DNA of 41,182 nucleotides. Origin: a virus. Its lineage: Duplodnaviria > Caudoviricetes. How positions within the stretch are numbered: position 1 is the stretch's first letter; each line of letters starts with the position of its first letter. Both the position numbers and the translations under genes were made by a program. The stretch is taken from the IMG/VR virus record IMGVR_UViG_3300032233_003247, positions 1 to 41,182 of that record; one strand, 5' to 3'. Positions 33,785 to 41,182 of the stretch are shown here, one piece after another. The notes under the pieces were generated by a model. It did no database searches. It worked only from the letters and a program-made list of their open reading frames with translations, and was not told the DNA's origin.

Positions 33785-34173
33785 GTAGCCTCGTCAAATT
33801 GAATTAAACGGTCCAGGTACCAGCCAGCTTTTTTTAACGACTCAGTACCGCCTTTATGACGCTCACGCCACAGATATTTCACGTTGTTACCTTTTAGGTA
33901 GCCGCGATATTCTTCGGGTGTTAGTTGAGCCTCAATTGCCTCAATACATTCAATTCCACCGTCAACATAATGAGGAGGATGATTGACAAGATCGGGCTGT
34001 ACTTTTGGACGCTGGGGAATTGTGTTTTCCCCAGGGAAGTTTGAATTGCGGTCTTCAGCCAGGAAGGTGTTGGTCATCCATGGAACTGGGCAAACCCCAT
34101 CTTTACATTCAGTAGATTCGCCGCCAAGAATCAATACATCAGAACTGTCTGATGCGCTAATAGGAGCAAACAT
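33772..34173 (-). CDS. DUF3310 (T7 gp1.7-like) putative nucleotide kinase
   Basis: VNHPPHY..GIECIEAI..GYLKGNNVKYLWR..KGG.ESLKKAGWYL; start 34173 preferred, frame is open to 34398. Confidence 0.85.
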   Translation of the reverse strand: MFAPISASDSSDVLILGGESTECKDGVCPVPWMTNTFLAEDRNSNFPGENTIPQRPKVQPDLVNHPPHYVDGGIECIEAIEAQLTPEEYRGYLKGNNVKYLWRERHKGGTESLKKAGWYLDRLIQFDEATQKG

Positions 34174-34187
34174 GTCTGGAGAATTGT

Positions 34188-34544
34188 TTAACGTAAAAGG
34201 CCCCGGCGCTTCTGTGAAAGGAGCTGTTCCTGGGTCATTGTATCCGCCGAAGGTAAAGACAGAACGAGTTCCTTCGGACGTGGGGATGCCCCAGGATACT
34301 GCTTCAGTGCTTCTTCCATCGACGGGATGTAACCCGTCATTCCCGGACGTGTGTTCCCTTCCAATTGAAGATTCGTCCTTTCCAACCCTTGTTCGCATAA
34401 TGCCAAGCCCCTGTTGTACATGTCATACAAGGGTACATCATTTTCCTCGTTATCGAGAGGTCCGCCAAAATCTTCTTCAGTAAGACAGCGGCACTTAATT
34501 TCGTCTTGTACGAAACTATCTAAAAAACCAGCAGCGCCATGCAT
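34188..34544 (-). CDS. Hypothetical protein
   Basis: 118-aa ATG ORF ending just upstream of the DUF3310 start. Confidence 0.65.
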   Translation of the reverse strand: MHGAAGFLDSFVQDEIKCRCLTEEDFGGPLDNEENDVPLYDMYNRGLALCEQGLERTNLQLEGNTRPGMTGYIPSMEEALKQYPGASPRPKELVLSLPSADTMTQEQLLSQKRRGLLR

Positions 34545-34584
34545 AACGATATGGGGCTTGAATTATCTCAATTACAATAGTATC

Positions 34585-35019
34585 ATGGCAAGATTTTACG
34601 ACCCACGTCAAGGAAAAGAGAACCAACCGTTTAATACACGGGTTGGTCGTAAAGGTTTTCTTGAATACGACGCGCAAAACAAAGCAGGTACCTCCGGCGC
34701 CGAAGTATCAGACTTGCGACCTGAACAGGCTTATGACACTGATTTACGGCGTCTAGATCCAGAGGAACGCGGTGCTGCATCTTCGTTAAATAACAAGCAA
34801 GACCGAATTGCTAAGTTTATGGCTGCTGCCAGAAGCGCTGGAAAATTTAAACAACAAGCGCAGATTGACGAGATGACTACAAATGGTAGAACACCTCGTC
34901 AAGAGGCATCGTTTAAAGGCACAGCTTTTCCAAGCATGGGCGACACAATAGGCACTGCAGGCAGTACAAACTACGCAGATAAACCTCAAATACGTTCCGG
35001 CACATTCAGAGGATTTTAA
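34585..35019 (+). CDS. Hypothetical protein
   Basis: Start re-assigned to ATG 34585 (MARFYDPR); TACAAT ends 6 nt upstream. Confidence 0.7.
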   Translation: MARFYDPRQGKENQPFNTRVGRKGFLEYDAQNKAGTSGAEVSDLRPEQAYDTDLRRLDPEERGAASSLNNKQDRIAKFMAAARSAGKFKQQAQIDEMTTNGRTPRQEASFKGTAFPSMGDTIGTAGSTNYADKPQIRSGTFRGF

Positions 35020-35213
35020 TAATCCCGGTTGTTGTAAGCTTCAAGTTCTAAAGAATCTTGAAGATCTTCAAACATATTCGCAATCATATTTAAAACCCAC
35101 TGCACGTTATCAACGCGACACCGTGAAAGTTTTTGGCAGATTTCTTCATTTTCCTGGTACACCACAGCACGTGTAAGGATCTCCAAAATGTCAAGCCTTT
35201 CTTCAGCGTCCAT
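35016..35213 (-). CDS. Small hypothetical protein
   Basis: 65 aa; TAATG coupling with dcd. Confidence 0.7.
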   Translation of the reverse strand: MDAEERLDILEILTRAVVYQENEEICQKLSRCRVDNVQWVLNMIANMFEDLQDSLELEAYNNRDY

Positions 35214-35800
35214 TAAACTTGGGAAAAAACAATTTCTTTTTCTTGGTTTTGATACTTACCCTTTCGATCTTGATAGGTAGTTTCGCAAGGATTACCACGG
35301 TAAAACAACAACTGTGTAATACCTTCATCAGCATAAATCCGATTAAAAAGACCCGTACAGTTGCTGATCTCCAAGGTTAAATATCCTTCCCACCCAGATT
35401 CTGCTGGAGTTATGTTAACCAAAATTCCCGACCGCGCATAGGTAGATTTGCCAACTGCAACAACGGTTACATCTCTAGGAAGTTTTAGGCGTTCTTGAGC
35501 AACTCCCAAGCAATATCCATAAGGAGGCAGCATAAAATATTGGCCTTTCTCATCTTCTAATAGTTCGGATTCACAAAGAATCTCAGGATTAAATTCTTTT
35601 GGATCACATTCACCTGCTTGAATACGTCCAAAAACCAAGCATTGTTTTGGAGAAAGGCGAATGTCATACCCGTATGAACTAAGGCCATAACTTAAGATTC
35701 GTTTGTCATCTCGTTCACTAACAAGACAGTCTTTAAAAGGAGTAATCATGTCTCGGTTTTGTGCCAAGTACTTGATTTCCCAGTCAGCCAGTATGCTCAT
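35213..35800 (-). CDS. dcd: dCTP deaminase
   Basis: SYGLSSYGYDIRL, GKSTYARSGI, TPAESGWEGYLTLEISN, EGITQLLF, YQDRKGKYQ. Confidence 0.95.
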   Translation of the reverse strand: MSILADWEIKYLAQNRDMITPFKDCLVSERDDKRILSYGLSSYGYDIRLSPKQCLVFGRIQAGECDPKEFNPEILCESELLEDEKGQYFMLPPYGYCLGVAQERLKLPRDVTVVAVGKSTYARSGILVNITPAESGWEGYLTLEISNCTGLFNRIYADEGITQLLFYRGNPCETTYQDRKGKYQNQEKEIVFSQV

Positions 35801-35833
35801 TGCAGCGTTGAAACGTTCTTTAGTCTACAAAAC

Positions 35834-36421
35834 CTAGCAGATAATTCGTCCTTTTTCCGCGTAAATATCAATAAATTTTTGAACGGCAGCCCCGGAGTCG
35901 TTCATTGGCGGTAAATAGACTAAAAACGAAGTACAAGTCTTGTGTCTGTCAATCCCTTTGCTTGTATTTTTAATTAATGTTGGGGCTGTTTTTAAAATAC
36001 AAATGGGAAAATCAAAAATTTTTTGTTCGTATCTAATCATGTCCGGACAATTGGTAAAATACAAACCTTGTTTAATGTCTCGATTAAGCCAGGATTGATA
36101 CAGCTTGCGAAACCAGACAGCATGTGAAGACACCAAAGTTGGAGATGTTGCACGTGTCATTTTCCAGCGGTCGTTTTTCTTATCACGGAAATAAGCACCC
36201 CCTGGAGGAAACAAATAAACACTTCCGTACCATTGCTGGGCGTTTAACCCATCGTCTAAAGGAGTGAAAAACTTATCTGCTTGAATGTGTTCGTTGGCAA
36301 CTTTAGAACTTGCAACATCTAGATCAATACCATCTAATAAAGCATGCGCTGCGCCGGTTAAATCATAATTTGTAATTAGCTCAAGATCCTCCTTGCGCAT
36401 GCGTATGTCATGAATAGCCAT
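35834..36421 (-). CDS. Phage N6-adenine methyltransferase-like protein (degenerate motif IV)
   Basis: IDLDVASS..N..FFT..DDGL..QW.G.VYLFPPGG; NPPY is replaced by FPPG. Confidence 0.7.
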   Translation of the reverse strand: MAIHDIRMRKEDLELITNYDLTGAAHALLDGIDLDVASSKVANEHIQADKFFTPLDDGLNAQQWYGSVYLFPPGGAYFRDKKNDRWKMTRATSPTLVSSHAVWFRKLYQSWLNRDIKQGLYFTNCPDMIRYEQKIFDFPICILKTAPTLIKNTSKGIDRHKTCTSFLVYLPPMNDSGAAVQKFIDIYAEKGRIIC

Positions 36422-36423
36422 TA

Positions 36424-36807
36424 TTATTCATCCATCTTGTTGTAATCAATTTCAAAATAACGCATGCCCGCTGCGTCGTTAATCACATAACCAGCTTTTT
36501 CAGTGGGGTCAATTTTTTGTGCCGCTTGAAGAATGCGCCGAAAGCTTTCAGCCAAATCACCGTCATTGCTACGTTCGCACTGTTCCTCAGCAGAGTGCAT
36601 CTCCTTAAGAGTTAGGAAAAACATCGAACGTTCTTTGTTGTCTGGTTGAAAAACCATGACACCAGGCCCTTCATGCTCCCACATTTTGCAATATTGTTGC
36701 CCCATGTCACCAAGAACCAACTTTATGGTGGCGTCAAGTATCTTGGCTTTCGTTTGATCCATCTCCGGACCGATCACTGAAGCTATTAATTTTTCGCGTC
36801 GATTCAT
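36424..36807 (-). CDS. Hypothetical protein
   Basis: 127-aa ORF in leftward operon. Confidence 0.75.
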   Translation of the reverse strand: MNRREKLIASVIGPEMDQTKAKILDATIKLVLGDMGQQYCKMWEHEGPGVMVFQPDNKERSMFFLTLKEMHSAEEQCERSNDGDLAESFRRILQAAQKIDPTEKAGYVINDAAGMRYFEIDYNKMDE

Positions 36808-37264
36808 TTGCTAACAATCCTTGCTTACTAAGGGATTCTAAAAGTTTTGGCAAAGGCTTGTAAAGGACTACCAGCTTGCCAAGATTGCCACGTTTCTTAA
36901 CAAGCTTGCCGTTTTCATCTCGAACTTTATCGAATTCGCCAGAACGAATCAAATATTCGGCAACGCAGCGTAAACGGCGTTTCAACGGTAATTCAGCTAA
37001 AGGAAATTTACCACAGATGGTATCTGGCTCCATATCCTTAAAGGCAATTCGCAGTCGATTTGCCAAAGTCATGTTGGAGTTAGCATCTTCTTCTTCATAA
37101 TTCTTAAGATTTTCTAAATACCTGCGTAGGCATGCGTCATCAAATGAACCATGGGGAGGTAAAAAATCTAAAACCTGACGAAATAAAGATTCTGTTAACA
37201 ATTCTTCACAGTTTTCAACTGTGGTCAAAGTGATGTCAACACCTTGAAAACGATGTGCCATCAT
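36734..37264 (-). CDS. Hypothetical protein
   Basis: 176-aa ORF; ATGA coupling with the upstream HTH gene. Confidence 0.75.
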   Translation of the reverse strand: MMAHRFQGVDITLTTVENCEELLTESLFRQVLDFLPPHGSFDDACLRRYLENLKNYEEEDANSNMTLANRLRIAFKDMEPDTICGKFPLAELPLKRRLRCVAEYLIRSGEFDKVRDENGKLVKKRGNLGKLVVLYKPLPKLLESLSKQGLLANESTRKINSFSDRSGDGSNESQDT

Positions 37265-37674
37265 TCTAATTTTCCTTCGGTTGAAGTTTTATACAGTTCC
37301 GCAGCCTTCTGAAAATCTGTGGACACCACCGGACGATCTTTGGCAAATGAACGAACCAGATGATTCCAAGGAATCCGAATTACGGCACGTTTTCCCTCGT
37401 CCGGACAAACATTGATGTAATGCACCCCTTCGATCCAGCCCTTACCTTTGTTTTTTCTACCTACTGCCATCCAGTTTCGAATGGTTTGATCTGACACACC
37501 CAAACGACGAGAGCATTCTTCGGTTGAAATATACTCATCAGCAAATGCTTCTGGATTTAAAAGGTCAGTTTCTCCGTTTTGATACCGGCTATGCCACATG
37601 GACGCCAGGATATTCCGGATTCCTTTCAATTCAAATGCCACATCTTCTAATCCTTTCCTTAGTCCGTATTTCAT
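37261..37674 (-). CDS. Excisionase/MerR-like HTH protein
   Basis: YISTEECSRRLGVSDQTIRNW..WIEGVHY. Confidence 0.8.
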   Translation of the reverse strand: MKYGLRKGLEDVAFELKGIRNILASMWHSRYQNGETDLLNPEAFADEYISTEECSRRLGVSDQTIRNWMAVGRKNKGKGWIEGVHYINVCPDEGKRAVIRIPWNHLVRSFAKDRPVVSTDFQKAAELYKTSTEGKLE

Positions 37675-37727
37675 AAAGCAAAAAAGTTTTTTTAATGCTA
37701 GTGTGTTGGAAAACTTTTTGCTAGGTA

Positions 37728-38096
37728 ATGGAAGAACAAACTACCTTCGAGAACCAACCCCCCCAAGACAACACGGGATTACCCTCGTTCATCACACCAG
37801 AAATGGTGGAGAACATGAAACAACGTGCCCGTGAAGAAGCCATCCGAATCACCATGGAACAAAAACAACAAATACAACAAACGCCACCAGCAAGTCAAAT
37901 GATTGCCCCCATGCCAATCGCTCCCCCTTCATCCTTTATCCCAAACCAGCCTCAGGTTGTTTATGTACGGCGTAATTTAACAGTTGCAGAACTGCTTCTG
38001 GTTTTACTACTGTCTTGTGGCCTGGTAGTAGGAGCCCAAGAAATTTGGAAATTTACAGCACAAATTTTGCCGCGTATTGAGATTAAGGTTAAGTAG
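37728..38096 (+). CDS. Membrane protein with C-terminal TM helix
   Basis: LLLVLLLSCGLVVGA hydrophobic segment after a P/Q-rich linker. Confidence 0.75.
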   Translation: MEEQTTFENQPPQDNTGLPSFITPEMVENMKQRAREEAIRITMEQKQQIQQTPPASQMIAPMPIAPPSSFIPNQPQVVYVRRNLTVAELLLVLLLSCGLVVGAQEIWKFTAQILPRIEIKVK

Positions 38097-38150
38097 TGCG
38101 TTAAGCACAGAGAAACTATAATTGAATTAAGAGCATCTATGCGTAGATAA

Positions 38151-40022
38151 ATGGCCAACAGGCGAATTAGTGACCTACAAGAACTTGCGGGCATTGATCT
38201 TGCGGAGCAGGATTTATTTACGGTTGTACATGTAAATGAAGTTGATCCAGCGTTAAAAAACAAAAAAATAACCATCTCTGGTACCAAGGCATATTTAAGT
38301 ATCTACTACCTTCCTCGTACGGGTGGAACTATTAGCGGCAATACCACAATAGGGGGAAATCTTACAGTATCAAATGCTACAACCACTTTTGATTTAGAAG
38401 TAGATAATAATGCGCTATTTAGCGGAATCATTGTTCAAAACAATGCAACAGTAAGCGGAACAGTTAGTGGAACAACCATTACCGGTACCAACATACAAGG
38501 TACCAGTGTTAACGGTATCACTGTAGCTGCAACAACTTTCACAGGTACAACTCTTAATGCTGTTAGCGGAAAATTCTCAACTCAACTTAGTGGCGCAACA
38601 ATTACAGGCAACAATATTGCCGGTACATCGGGTATTTTTACTGCGTTAAGTGGCGTAACAATTACCGGGACTACTGTCCAGGCAACATCCGGTGTTTTTG
38701 GAAATCTTTCAACACCAACACTAGCTGTTAGTGGCAATTTAACCGTTGGTAGTGGCTTATTTGTTTCAGGTGATTCTGTATTTTCTTCTGGCGTAACAAT
38801 CAGCGGAACACTATCGGGCTCTACGATTACTGGAACAACAATTCAAACTACAAGCATTACAGGTGTATCAGGTGTTTTTACAACAAACCTTTCAGGTGCA
38901 GTAATCACAGGAGACACGGGACGTTTTGCAAACATTACAGGTGTTTCCGGCACATTTACTACACGTATCAGCGGAGCAACCGTTACCGGAAATGCTGGTA
39001 GCTTTGGAACGGTAACAAGTATTTCAGGTATATACACACAAATCCTTTCGGGAAACACAATAACAGGTGATACGGGTCAATACACTAATTTGACCGGCGT
39101 AAATTTAATCGGTACTACACAAATTTCAGGGGCAATAATTACAGGTGATACAGGGCGTTTTACAACCATTACAGGAGCAACCGGTATTTATACCAGCACG
39201 CTATCTGGTTTGACTATTACAGGTAACACAGTAAATGTGTCAACACTTACGGGAGTTTCTGGGACCTTTACTACAAGTATTTCCGGTGCAATTGTCACAG
39301 GTAATGCAGGTCTATTCTCACTAGTAACCGGAGGTTCCGGAACATTTACTCGTATTTCAGGTGCAACTGTTACAGGAGATACTGGTCTTTTTAGTAATGT
39401 GACGGGGATCTCGGCTACATTTACCACCAGTATTTCAGGTGCTTCGATTTCCGCTACAACTATTACTGCAACAACAGGTACTTTTACAGATTTAAATTTT
39501 ACAAACGCAACTGTCTCAGGTAATTTAACTGTAGTTGGATCAGGTTTTATCGGATCCGGTCTTAATGTAAGTGGTCGAATTAGCGGTGTAACTATTACCG
39601 GAACTACAGGTGCATTTACTTCTATTACTGGTGTAACTGGTGTATTTACAACATTAACCGGCGTTAGCGGCGCCTTTACTTCTATCACGGGAGTAAGCGG
39701 TGTTTACACCACAAGCTTATCCGGAGCAACAATAACGGGCAATATATTCTCTGGCACATCGGGTATTTTTGTTACTTTAAGCGGCACCACAATCAGTGGA
39801 AATACCGGCCAGTTTTCTAATGTTACTGGTGTATCCGGTGTGTTTACCACGTTGCTTTCGGGGGCAACTATTACTGGAAACACCGGTCGTTTTTCAAATA
39901 TTACTGGTGTGTCCGGTGTGTTTACCGCCCCATCAGGCGCTACACCCGCATTAATTTCTTCTGGTGTTATTTCTGGCGATGCCGGTCTTATTATTAGAGG
40001 AACTATTACGGTTCTACCTTAA
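38151..40022 (+). CDS. Tail fibre/spike-like protein with G/T/S-rich tandem repeats
   Basis: N-terminal RRISDL..L..D..KKIT anchor-like motif; repeated ~25-aa SGATITG.TG.F..ITGVSG.FTT units. Confidence 0.8.
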   Translation: MANRRISDLQELAGIDLAEQDLFTVVHVNEVDPALKNKKITISGTKAYLSIYYLPRTGGTISGNTTIGGNLTVSNATTTFDLEVDNNALFSGIIVQNNATVSGTVSGTTITGTNIQGTSVNGITVAATTFTGTTLNAVSGKFSTQLSGATITGNNIAGTSGIFTALSGVTITGTTVQATSGVFGNLSTPTLAVSGNLTVGSGLFVSGDSVFSSGVTISGTLSGSTITGTTIQTTSITGVSGVFTTNLSGAVITGDTGRFANITGVSGTFTTRISGATVTGNAGSFGTVTSISGIYTQILSGNTITGDTGQYTNLTGVNLIGTTQISGAIITGDTGRFTTITGATGIYTSTLSGLTITGNTVNVSTLTGVSGTFTTSISGAIVTGNAGLFSLVTGGSGTFTRISGATVTGDTGLFSNVTGISATFTTSISGASISATTITATTGTFTDLNFTNATVSGNLTVVGSGFIGSGLNVSGRISGVTITGTTGAFTSITGVTGVFTTLTGVSGAFTSITGVSGVYTTSLSGATITGNIFSGTSGIFVTLSGTTISGNTGQFSNVTGVSGVFTTLLSGATITGNTGRFSNITGVSGVFTAPSGATPALISSGVISGDAGLIIRGTITVLP

Positions 40023-40071
40023 AAGAACTTCTGTTTTCCTGTTATTATTAAAGTAAGGAACAAAAAGTATT

Positions 40072-41182
40072 ATGGCTTACGGAAGTATTAAAGTTGATAA
40101 TATTATTTTCACCAATGCGGGTGCCGACCAAACTGTCACTGTATCTGGTTTATACGCCGCAGGTTCTGTTTCAGGGAACATCACGGTAACGGGAACAATT
40201 TCCGGTTTAAATGTTTACGGTACTACAGTTTCAGGAACTACCGTTAATGCAGTAACAGCAAATATTACAACAGGCATATTTCCTTCAGGCACTGCTGCAG
40301 CTCCTAGTATTCAAATTGGTACCACAGCAGGGGTATCAAAACCCGGAGTTTATTCCCCCGGTGCAGACCAAGTTTCTATTTCAACAAGTGGAACCGAAAG
40401 ACTTCGTTTTGATTCCACTGGTCAAATTGAAGCCGTATCCTTAGGAACTGCTGCAGCACCCACCTATACCTTCACAACAGATCAAAACACGGGTATTTAT
40501 TCACCTGGCGCAGACCAAGTAGCCATCTCAACTGATGGTACGGGACGGTTGTTTGTAAATAGCACCGGGCAGGTCTCTGTTGGCACTACGTCAACATTGC
40601 TATCTAACGCCGATCTATCAGTAATTGGAACTGGTGTAATTCAATTTTCGCGTTTTGCACTACCTACAAATCTCAGGCTTTCAAGAGCAGACGGTAGCGC
40701 TGGCGCTCCTTCTGCTATTTCATCTTCTGTAGAAATGGGCCGCGTTGAATACAACGGATATGACGGGACTACATATAAAAGTACTGGAGCAATACGTGGT
40801 TTTTCAGACGGAGGAATAAGTAGTACGTCTTCTCCTGGCTTCATAATTATGGAGACAACTCCATCTGGAAGTGCTATTGCCGTCGAGCGATTACGCATCA
40901 CTTCCACTGGCCGTGTAGGGATTGGCAATACGAGCCCTGGAGCAATTCTCCACGCCACCTCCGCAGACGACGCTAAAACTGCGATCATTGCTGGTGCTAC
41001 AAACCGTATCCGCGCCTACGGACACCTTGCGTCATTCGGCGGGTCTGTATTTGAAGCTGTCAATAATGCAGAAAGTGCCTATGCACCATTGCTGATTAAC
41101 GGTAGCCAGCTTTCACTTGGTATTGGCGGCTCCGAACGCGCCCGCATCGACAGCTCCGGCAGGTTGTTAGTTGGCACGTCTA
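40072..41182 (+). CDS. Tail fibre protein (partial, runs off window; not in ORF track)
   Basis: Open frame MAYGSIKVDNIIF..; repeats GTAAAP..YSPGADQV.IST.G and ERLRITSTGRVGIG typical of cyanophage fibres. Confidence 0.85.
   Translation, partial: MAYGSIKVDNIIFTNAGADQTVTVSGLYAAGSVSGNITVTGTISGLNVYGTTVSGTTVNAVTANITTGIFPSGTAAAPSIQIGTTAGVSKPGVYSPGADQVSISTSGTERLRFDSTGQIEAVSLGTAAAPTYTFTTDQNTGIYSPGADQVAISTDGTGRLFVNSTGQVSVGTTSTLLSNADLSVIGTGVIQFSRFALPTNLRLSRADGSAGAPSAISSSVEMGRVEYNGYDGTTYKSTGAIRGFSDGGISSTSSPGFIIMETTPSGSAIAVERLRITSTGRVGIGNTSPGAILHATSADDAKTAIIAGATNRIRAYGHLASFGGSVFEAVNNAESAYAPLLINGSQLSLGIGGSERARIDSSGRLLVGTS

Noticed and set aside
34174-34398. N-terminal extension of the DUF3310 ORF overlapping 34188-34544
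   Set aside because: An ATG at 34173 just after the upstream stop explains the gene without overlap; the extension cannot be excluded but has no support.
38843-40988. Antisense ORFs within the tail fibre genes; a possible diversity-generating retroelement target
   Set aside because: The ORFs are shadows of repetitive coding DNA; no reverse transcriptase or template/variable repeat pair is visible.

Overview
This window is part of a tailed dsDNA phage genome, most likely a cyanophage. The host inference rests on an NblA-like gene, a cluster of cyanobacterial-type DnaA boxes, and several small ORFs typical of cyanophages. (1) 1-3350: a leftward array of small accessory genes, including an SSB-like protein, separated by structured RNA-like elements. 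One two-hairpin element recurs three times with covarying sequence, each copy starting at a stop codon. (2) 3350-4000: a non-coding region with a DnaA-box cluster. (3) 4347-33784: a mainly rightward morphogenesis/lysis block. It holds Gly/Ala-rich putative internal virion proteins, a terminase large subunit, a portal overlapping the scaffold gene by 539 nt, and a major capsid gene split after codon 4 by a group I intron. The intron carries an antisense HNH gene in its P1 loop. The block also has a circularly permuted M23 peptidase, a SleB-like hydrolase, free-standing HNH genes, a lysozyme with a start-occluding hairpin, and the NblA-like gene. (4) 33772-37674: mostly leftward nucleotide metabolism and regulation genes (DUF3310, dCTP deaminase, a degenerate adenine MTase, an HTH protein). 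(5) 38151-end: tail fibre genes. All family assignments come from motif recognition by eye; no database searches were run.
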